Shown one piece after another: positions 27,485 to 34,093 of a DNA stretch of 34,093 bases. The notes under the pieces were generated by a model that saw only the letters and a list, made by a program, of their open reading frames with translations, was not told where the DNA came from and made no database searches. The stretch is from an uncultured Candidatus Saccharibacteria bacterium (GTDB lineage: Bacteria; Patescibacteriota; Saccharimonadia; Saccharimonadales; JACDBH01), in the NCBI GenBank assembly GCA_965231105.1, contig OZ246417.1, forward strand, positions 1 through 34,093, given 5' to 3'. A program made the position numbers and the translations under genes. Position 1 is the first letter of the stretch; each line of letters starts with the position of its first letter.

Positions 27485-30424
27485 GTGAAGTTTAAATCAG
27501 GCACACGTCGCAAGGCTTTAGAATACGAAAAAGACCTTGTTGCGTATTGGAAAGAAAATAAGACTTTTGAGAAGTCTGTTGAAATGCGCCCTAAAAGTAA
27601 CAGCTATGTCTTTTATGACGGCCCACCCTTCATTACCGGGGTGCCACATCATGGCACCCTCCTTAGTTCGGTAATTAAAGACGCCGTGCCTCGTTATTGG
27701 ACCATGAAAGGTAAACGAGTTGAGCGCGTATGGGGTTGGGACTGTCATGGATTGCCGGCAGAAGTCTTTACTGAAAAGAAGCTCGGCATTACCGATAAAC
27801 GCGATATTGGTACAAAGATCTCGCTCGAAGAATATATCAATACCTGCCGGGCCAATATGATCCAGACTGGTTCTGAGTGGAATGATGTCATTGACCGTAT
27901 AGGTCGCTGGGTTGATATGGAACATGCCTATAAGACCATGGACAAAAACTACATGGAATCTGTGTGGTGGGCTTTTAAAGAATTGTACGACAAGGGCAAA
28001 ATCTATGAAGGCGAGAAGGTGCTCATGTACTGCACGCGTGACGCCACTCCAATTAGCAAAGCTGAAGTTGCCATGGATAACTCGTACCAGGATGTCACTG
28101 ATCCAAGCGTGTATGTGAAGTTTAAACTGAAAGGCAAGGATGAATATTTACTTGCCTGGACCACGACGCCATGGACTTTACCGAGTAATGTGGCCGTCGC
28201 CGTTAACAAAGACCTTGAATATGGTATTTATGATGTAGATGGAACAACATTAGTGGTTGCGAAGGAATTAGCTTCTAAGGTGTTTACAGACGAAAAACAC
28301 AACGTTGTGCCATTTACACTTAAGCAGACTATCAGGGGTGAAGAGCTTGTTGGCCAGGAATACGAACCTTTGTTCGAAGATCGTGGTAAGAATGCGCATA
28401 AAGTTTGGCATGCTGACTTTGTGCATGCCGAAGAAGGCACGGGTATTGCTCACGAATCACCTGGTTATGGTGAAGACGACTATATCCTTGCGAAAGCAAA
28501 TGACGTGCCGTTTGTAATTGACACGGACGATGAGGGTTTCTATACCGAAGGAGAATGGAAAGGTAAGCAAATCTGGGAGATCAACAAAGAGATTGCCAAG
28601 TCCCTGCATGAACGCGGTGTCGTTTGGAAGATCGAATATATCCGTCACTCCTATCCGCATTGTCACCGATGTGGCACAAAGCTTATGTACCGGGCTCATC
28701 CAAGTTGGTTTATGGATATTGAGGGCCAACGCCAGGAAATGCTTGAACAAAATGGGAATATCAACTGGTTCCCAGACCATATCAAGACGGGCCGTTTCCC
28801 TAAGACTGTTGAGAGCGCACCAGACTGGAACTTAAGTCGCGATCGTTTCTGGGCTACAGCCTTGCCGGTATGGAAGGGCAAGGATAAGAGCGGCAAAGAA
28901 CATGTAAAAGTTGTTGGTAGCTATGCTGAACTGAAGGAGTTATCAGGAGTAGAGCTTGAAGACTATCATCGTCCTTGGGTAGATGATGTAACCTTTACGA
29001 TCGATGGGGTAAAGTACACCCGTGTCGATAAGGTGTTAGACTGCTGGTTCGAAAGTGGCAGTATGCCCTTTGCGCAGTTCCATTACCCCTTTGAAAACGT
29101 TGATAAGTTTGAGGCTAATTTCCCCGGCGACTTCATCGCTGAGTATGTGGGCCAGGTACGCGCCTGGTTCTATTACCTCCATACGGTATCTGTTGGACTC
29201 TGGGGAAAGAATTCGTTTAAGAATGTTGTGGTAACAGGGACTATTAACGGCAGTGATGGGCGAAAGCTCAGCAAGTCTTTGGGCAATTACACTGATCCGA
29301 ATGAGGTGATGGACAAATATAGTGCCGATGCCTTGCGCTTCCTGTTCCTTAGTTCAACCCTGCTGAATGGAGAAGACTTTACTCTTAAGGATAAAGATAT
29401 ATCAGATGTCAGTCGTAAGCTCGCGATGGTCTGGAATATGTACGATTTCTTCACTATGTACGCCTCTGTTGATGGCTGGGAGTACGATGGCGAGCTCGTT
29501 GATCCAAGTCTCGAGTGCCAGAACCCTCTGGACACATGGGTGTTGTCTCGAGTGCACCAGCTGATCCAAGAGGTAGATCACCACATGCAGGCCTATGATT
29601 TACCTAACGCTACCAAGCCAATCCTTGAATTCATCGAAGATGCCTCGAACTGGTATGTACGTCGCAGTCGTAAGCGTTTCTGGAAGAGTGAGGATGACGG
29701 CGATAAACAGATGGCTTACACTGTGCTTCATTACGTTCTTGTCCAGCTTGCAAAGGTGATGGCACCCTTTACGCCATTCCTCGCTGAGGAACTGTACCAA
29801 AAGCTTACCGGAGAAGAATCGGTCCATCTGGTGGACTGGCCAGAGGTAGGGCATGTGAATGAGCTGTCAATGCAGAAAATGGCAGGCCTTCGCCATCTCA
29901 TTACCATCGGACTCAGTCTCCGGGCTGAAGCAGGCGTAAAGGTACGCCAACCGCTCCAGAGTGTCACCCTAGAACTTGGCTTTAAAGAACATTTTGGGGA
30001 TGAACTGACAGAAATATTACGTGAAGAGCTAAATGTGAAAGAGGTTAAATTTGAGGATGATGGATTTGATCCATCTAAGACGATTAAGGAAAATGTCGAA
30101 GAAAACGGCCTTCCTAACTACTACAAGGTTAAGAGCCTTGATACCAAGCTAACGCCCAGTCTGAAGCGAGAAGGGCTCATGCGTGATGTGATCCGATTAG
30201 TACAACAGGCTCGCAAAGATGCTGGCCTGAATGTGGATGATCGAATCCGCTTAAGCCTACATACGGACGCCAAGGAACTCGGCGAGTCTATCAAGGAGCA
30301 TAAAGACACTATTGCTACCGAAACGCTTGCTACAAGCCTCCATATGACTTCAGAGAGCTACCAATACAAGACCGAAGGCAGTGTAGAAGGCGAAGCTCTC
30401 GTACTTGCACTCGAAAAAGCGTAA
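27485..30424 (+). CDS. ileS: Isoleucyl-tRNA synthetase, type 2 (eukaryote-like)
   Basis: YDGPPF, GWDCHGLP, AWTTTPWTLPSN, WNLSRDRFW, WFESGSMP, QVRAWFY, KLSKS, NWYVRRSRKRFW; GTG start with AAGGAG SD; no C-terminal zinc finger of type 1. Confidence 0.98.
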   Translation: MKFKSGTRRKALEYEKDLVAYWKENKTFEKSVEMRPKSNSYVFYDGPPFITGVPHHGTLLSSVIKDAVPRYWTMKGKRVERVWGWDCHGLPAEVFTEKKLGITDKRDIGTKISLEEYINTCRANMIQTGSEWNDVIDRIGRWVDMEHAYKTMDKNYMESVWWAFKELYDKGKIYEGEKVLMYCTRDATPISKAEVAMDNSYQDVTDPSVYVKFKLKGKDEYLLAWTTTPWTLPSNVAVAVNKDLEYGIYDVDGTTLVVAKELASKVFTDEKHNVVPFTLKQTIRGEELVGQEYEPLFEDRGKNAHKVWHADFVHAEEGTGIAHESPGYGEDDYILAKANDVPFVIDTDDEGFYTEGEWKGKQIWEINKEIAKSLHERGVVWKIEYIRHSYPHCHRCGTKLMYRAHPSWFMDIEGQRQEMLEQNGNINWFPDHIKTGRFPKTVESAPDWNLSRDRFWATALPVWKGKDKSGKEHVKVVGSYAELKELSGVELEDYHRPWVDDVTFTIDGVKYTRVDKVLDCWFESGSMPFAQFHYPFENVDKFEANFPGDFIAEYVGQVRAWFYYLHTVSVGLWGKNSFKNVVVTGTINGSDGRKLSKSLGNYTDPNEVMDKYSADALRFLFLSSTLLNGEDFTLKDKDISDVSRKLAMVWNMYDFFTMYASVDGWEYDGELVDPSLECQNPLDTWVLSRVHQLIQEVDHHMQAYDLPNATKPILEFIEDASNWYVRRSRKRFWKSEDDGDKQMAYTVLHYVLVQLAKVMAPFTPFLAEELYQKLTGEESVHLVDWPEVGHVNELSMQKMAGLRHLITIGLSLRAEAGVKVRQPLQSVTLELGFKEHFGDELTEILREELNVKEVKFEDDGFDPSKTIKENVEENGLPNYYKVKSLDTKLTPSLKREGLMRDVIRLVQQARKDAGLNVDDRIRLSLHTDAKELGESIKEHKDTIATETLATSLHMTSESYQYKTEGSVEGEALVLALEKA

Positions 30425-30512
30425 ACAGTCTATCCTGCTCACCCTTTACAGCGGGCTGGATATCTGTTAAGCTTTCATGAGTCTATTTGTAAAACGTAAG
30501 GTTTAACTAAAG

Positions 30513-30815
30513 ATGAAGAAAGCAATTATCGCTACAGGCGGTCATCAGTATATCGTGCAAGAAGGTCAAACACTCGAAGTCGAGCTCTTAAAAGCCGACA
30601 AAAAAGTAGAGTTTGAACCGCTGCTTGTTATTGATGGCGACAAGACAACCGTAGGTACACCTGCTGTCTCTGGTGCTAAGGTATCAGCTGAAGTGCTGGG
30701 TGAAGTACGTGGTGAAAAGGTTACCGCTATTCGCTATAAGGCAAAGAAGCGTGTGAAGAAAGTGCATGGTCATAAGCAGCACTTAAATCAAATCAAGATC
30801 ACGAAGATTGCCTAA
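30513..30815 (+). CDS. rplU: 50S ribosomal protein bL21
   Basis: AIIATGGHQYIVQEG...GTPAVSGAKV...RYKAKKR...GHKQ. Confidence 0.97.
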   Translation: MKKAIIATGGHQYIVQEGQTLEVELLKADKKVEFEPLLVIDGDKTTVGTPAVSGAKVSAEVLGEVRGEKVTAIRYKAKKRVKKVHGHKQHLNQIKITKIA

Positions 30816-30836
30816 AGAACACACCGCGTAAATAAG

Positions 30837-30863
30837 AAAGCACTCCGAAAGGGGTGCTTTTTT
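30837..30863 (+). terminator. Intrinsic terminator after rplU
   Basis: AAAGCACTCC-gaaa-GGGGTGCTTT-TTT. Confidence 0.88.
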
Positions 30864-31137
30864 GATGAGCTTGTGGAAAACTTTTGTACTCTGAAGCTTA
30901 TCGTTATGGTTAGTACAACGTTTAATAATTGCTACATAACAGTAGATGTTTCATAGCCGCACCTAATTCAACTAAAATACTGAGTTTAGTGTAAATAAGT
31001 CTACGGATTACCTCTAAAAACTTCCCTTATTGTGGTGTGGAAAATTGTATACAAAGTATGTTCAATCGCCGTTGTTCTACCTGTTATTGCACGCGCATAA
31101 TAGTAGGGAATTTACAAAATAAAAAATTCAAACACAA

Positions 31138-31986
31138 ATGTCCCGAGCAAACTCTAACACCTATCGACAGACCTTTTCTCTCAAGAGACTCTGCTTTGCT
31201 GTCTGCGCATTGCTCCTTGTTGCCCTCATGTTTACCAATCTCAGATCCGTTAATGCGAGTTCGGTTGCAGAACAGTTCGAAACAGATGGCGTACTAAAGC
31301 CCGGGCTGCTGGTAAGTACTAGCGAGGTATCAGCGGGAAAGGTTGAATTGGCAACTATCCAGAATAGTGGCTATCTCCTTGGGGTGGTAACGGCAAGCGA
31401 AAGTGCCACGCAGACTTTTAGCAAAGCGGGAGCCTCAACAACGGTTGCTCTTAGCGGTGTAGTTACCGCGTACGTTACTGATGTAAACGGCGAGATCAAG
31501 AAAGGAAGTCTTATCGGGCCATCATGGCTTGAGGGTGTAGGTATGGCTGTACAGGCAGAGAACGTCAACAAAGTTATTGGGGTAGCACAGGAAGATTTTA
31601 ACCCTACCGCTACGACCGAGTTCCCTGATGTGGAGACGCCGAGCGGAAGGCGGGCTGTTAAGGTGGGCTCGGTAGCGATACGGCTCAGTGCTCCACCAGC
31701 GCTTCATGCCCCACTGCAACAATCAGGGGTCGCTGGCTTTACTGCTCGACTGGCTGGCCAGCAGGTATCGTATGCTCGCATCTTTGCAGCTTTTTCTATC
31801 TTCCTCGTCTCCTTGCTGGTATGCGCCATCTTTATCCGAAATGCTATCAAGAGCAGCTTTACCTCACTTGGACGCAATCCGATGGCAAGCCATTCGATCT
31901 ATCGAGGACTTTTGCAGGTATCTCTGGTAGCAGCCGCTGTAATCTTAATCGGGACAGCCGCAGCTTATGCGGTGATCGTGGTCTAA
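31138..31986 (+). CDS. Membrane protein: signal peptide, extracellular beta domain, C-terminal TM hairpin
   Basis: LCFAVCALLLVALMF..VNA signal; beta-rich middle; two C-terminal hydrophobic helices joined by LGRNPMA. Confidence 0.8.
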   Translation: MSRANSNTYRQTFSLKRLCFAVCALLLVALMFTNLRSVNASSVAEQFETDGVLKPGLLVSTSEVSAGKVELATIQNSGYLLGVVTASESATQTFSKAGASTTVALSGVVTAYVTDVNGEIKKGSLIGPSWLEGVGMAVQAENVNKVIGVAQEDFNPTATTEFPDVETPSGRRAVKVGSVAIRLSAPPALHAPLQQSGVAGFTARLAGQQVSYARIFAAFSIFLVSLLVCAIFIRNAIKSSFTSLGRNPMASHSIYRGLLQVSLVAAAVILIGTAAAYAVIVV

Positions 31987-31990
31987 GGCT

Positions 31991-34093
31991 ATGGAACCAG
32001 AGAAAACTCCTCTTGAAAACCAGCTGAGCCAACCGGGCTATGAAGACCTTGTAACCCAGCCTGCTGCCGTGCTTGATGGACCTACCGCAGTTCTCCCAGA
32101 TCGACAGGATCCCATGCTCGAAGTCCAACGAAAGCGAAACAGGGTTATAACTCTTGCGATCGTGCCATTCCTGATCGCATTTGCTCTGGTATTAATCTTT
32201 ACCCTCAGACAGTATGCAGTTCATCACGCCGACTCAAGTGCGCCAGTTATCAACGAGCCCTCTAACACCCTGAACCAAGCAGCACTTCCTGAACTTGATA
32301 CCGCTGTTTCAGAGCTTGAAGCTCCAGACTCCGTACGCTTTAACGGTGAGGTTATCTTGGGTGGCGGTATTGTCTTTACTCCTTCAGCACAGCCTACAAC
32401 ACCATCTGTGGGGCAGGTCTACTACGATGTACAGAGTGATCAGTTGCGCCTCTATGACGGTAGCTTGTTCAGGGATATCATCACCAGCGATAGTACTCAA
32501 ACCATCTGTTACGTCGGAGCCAATTGTGGCTTCTTACAGGCTGGGGACATTGCCAACGTTACTTTGCCCGGACCACTATCAGGGATAACGAGCTTTGCTG
32601 CTAATACGGTGCTGCTTGGTAACGGTAGCGGGACGATAGGGACGAGCAATGCACCTGCTGCTGGGCAATTACTGGTAGCTGATGCTACGGGTAAACCCCA
32701 GTTCGTGACAATTACGGGTTCAATCAGTATCAGCGATAGCGGTGTAGCTGGCCTCAATGTGAACAGCGTTGGAGCCTCCCAGCTCAGTGCGAGCGGTGTA
32801 ACAGCCGGAACCTACGGAGATGCTGGCAACTATCCTGTCTTTACCGTGGACGCAGATGGCCGGGTTACCAGTGCCTCAATCTTGGCACTCCCAGGGGGTG
32901 GAGCAGGGGTGGGATCCGTTAACGGATTAACTGGAGCACTTACCCTTCAGGGCACCTCTAATCAGGTAGGGGTGGTAAGCGGTGGCAGTACTATTACCCT
33001 CTCTACGCCTCAAGATATAGCTACGACCTCAAGCCCAACCTTTAGTGGCCTTACGCTTGCTAGCCTTACGCTCGGGGCTGATACGGTAAGTGATCTATCT
33101 GGTACGGGGCTCACTGTTTCAGCAGGAGCATTGCAAACCACCCTTGGAACCACAGTTGATCTTACTAGTGAAGTAACAGGGACGTTGCCAGTAGGTAGTG
33201 GGGGCACAGGGGCTGCATCGCATACAGCCGGCGGAATCCTTATCGGGAACGGGAGTAGCGCCTTCACTAACTCTGGTGTTCTCACTAACGGACAGTTATT
33301 AATCGGAGATGGATCTGGTGCTCCCACGGCTGCAACCCTTACACAAGGGAGTGGCATAGCTGTCTCAAATGGAGCAGGAACCATCACGATTGCCGTTGAT
33401 AGCACCGTATGTCTTACCTCTGGTAACTGTGTAGGTGTAGGCGGTACGGGTGATATCTTGCAAAACGGAAATAGCTTTACCGGGACCATGACCATTGGTA
33501 CCAATGATAATTTCGATCTTAGTCTCGAAACGAATGGTATAGCTCGGATTACTATCAGTAACGCCGGCAATGTGTCGATAGCAAACAATGCTTCAGTGGA
33601 CGGTAATACGGCACTCGGTAATGCAGTAACAGATAACATTACGCTTACCGGTGCTATACAGGGTACCAACGCGCTTATTTTTGATGGTGCCACCGATGAT
33701 ACAAATGAGATAACCTTTGCTATTACCGATCCAGGAAGCGACTTTACTATTACGCTTCCTGCAGCGTCTGGTACGGTATGTCTCACCTCTGGTAACTGTG
33801 CAGGTATTGGAGGGGTGGGGGATATTATTAACAACGGCCAGAACGGTACGGTACGAATTGGTAGCAACGATGCCAACAGTACAATTCTTGAGTCTAACGG
33901 GGTTGATAGACTAACCATCACAAGCGGCGGTGCAGCCACTTTCTCAGGCTCATTAACTGTTACGGGTCTCACAACACTGAACGGCGATCTCACCGTACAG
34001 ACCGGTGATACCTTCACCTTTAACGGTGATGCGTTTACTGACCTGACGGGCACTGGCCTAACTATCGTTGGCGGTGCATTGCAAACGACGCTC
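31991..34093 (+). CDS. Large membrane-anchored Gly/Thr-rich repeat protein, tail-fibre/adhesin-like (partial, runs off the window)
   Basis: Read by hand: ATG 31991 is open for 701 codons to the last base, so it is absent from the ORF track. MEPEKTP...VITLAIVPFLIAFALVLIFTL (TM)...SGVTAGTYGDAGNYPVFTVDADGRVTSAS...VTGTLPVGSGGTG. Confidence 0.9.
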   Translation, partial: MEPEKTPLENQLSQPGYEDLVTQPAAVLDGPTAVLPDRQDPMLEVQRKRNRVITLAIVPFLIAFALVLIFTLRQYAVHHADSSAPVINEPSNTLNQAALPELDTAVSELEAPDSVRFNGEVILGGGIVFTPSAQPTTPSVGQVYYDVQSDQLRLYDGSLFRDIITSDSTQTICYVGANCGFLQAGDIANVTLPGPLSGITSFAANTVLLGNGSGTIGTSNAPAAGQLLVADATGKPQFVTITGSISISDSGVAGLNVNSVGASQLSASGVTAGTYGDAGNYPVFTVDADGRVTSASILALPGGGAGVGSVNGLTGALTLQGTSNQVGVVSGGSTITLSTPQDIATTSSPTFSGLTLASLTLGADTVSDLSGTGLTVSAGALQTTLGTTVDLTSEVTGTLPVGSGGTGAASHTAGGILIGNGSSAFTNSGVLTNGQLLIGDGSGAPTAATLTQGSGIAVSNGAGTITIAVDSTVCLTSGNCVGVGGTGDILQNGNSFTGTMTIGTNDNFDLSLETNGIARITISNAGNVSIANNASVDGNTALGNAVTDNITLTGAIQGTNALIFDGATDDTNEITFAITDPGSDFTITLPAASGTVCLTSGNCAGIGGVGDIINNGQNGTVRIGSNDANSTILESNGVDRLTITSGGAATFSGSLTVTGLTTLNGDLTVQTGDTFTFNGDAFTDLTGTGLTIVGGALQTTL
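33092..34093 (+). repeat. Protein-level repeat DL(S/T)GTGLT..(A/G)GALQTTL (x2)
   Basis: DLSGTGLTVSAGALQTTL (33092-33145) and DLTGTGLTIVGGALQTTL (34040-34093), 316 codons apart. Confidence 0.85.
33407..33800 (+). repeat. In-frame direct repeat encoding VCLTSGNC (x2)
   Basis: GTATGTCTTACCTCTGGTAACTGTG (33407-33431) and GTATGTCTCACCTCTGGTAACTGTG (33776-33800): 24/25 identical, 123 codons apart. Confidence 0.9.

Noticed and set aside
9609-30309. Numerous 60-160 aa ORFs antisense to or overlapping rpsA, infB, def, priA, ftsZ, nrdJ and ileS
   Set aside because: Expected shadow ORFs of long, codon-biased core genes; none has its own RBS/promoter or a recognisable motif.
30872-31044. Two TGTGGAAAA (DnaA-box-like, 1 mismatch) sites as oriC
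   Set aside because: Only two imperfect boxes 164 bp apart, with no dnaA/dnaN nearby and no clear unwinding element; insufficient evidence.
31037-31297. 86-aa ORF overlapping the start of the membrane protein gene
   Set aside because: Out of frame with the better-supported 31138 ORF; no recognisable features.
33010-34053. 347-aa minus-strand ORF (Val/Pro/Ser-rich)
   Set aside because: Antisense shadow of the Gly/Thr-rich plus-strand giant protein.
33092-34093. Repeats near the window end as a CRISPR array or DGR template/variable repeat
   Set aside because: Only pairs of in-frame coding repeats differing at synonymous or varied positions. No regular spacers, no adenine-specific mismatch pattern, and no cas or reverse transcriptase gene.

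Overview
Chromosomal segment of a small-genome bacterium, most likely Candidate Phyla Radiation / Saccharibacteria (TM7). This is inferred from gene content (DUF5663 protein, short IF-2, 4-domain S1, many small ORFans) and cannot be confirmed without a search. It uses the standard code (TGA = stop). The window opens with the 3' end of 23S rRNA and a 5S rRNA. A patch of small accessory genes follows (VOC, degenerate Nudix, YbaK, DUF1801, secreted carbohydrate-binding/lyase-like protein, GNAT, KGG stress protein, zincin, ROK, methyltransferase). The core genes are rpsA-infB, priA-def-fmt, rpsU-yqeY-adk-map, ftsA-ftsZ, nrdR-nrdJ, ileS and rplU. The window ends inside a >=701-aa membrane-anchored, tail-fibre-like repeat protein that the ORF track missed. 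Best finds: (1) a complete Actinobacteria-type, ultrashort-Stem-I T-box riboswitch with an AUC specifier in front of a type-2 ileS, with an apparently non-canonical SD-sequestering platform; (2) an IleRS HIGH motif altered to HHGT; (3) 14 genes with a TANNNT -10 box only 6-9 nt before ATG, suggesting widespread leaderless transcription; (4) an nrdR-nrdJ (B12-dependent ribonucleotide reductase) operon with tandem NrdR boxes and a structured leader. No tRNA, CRISPR array, transposase or rRNA intron was seen. All family assignments come from motif recognition by eye, not from database searches.
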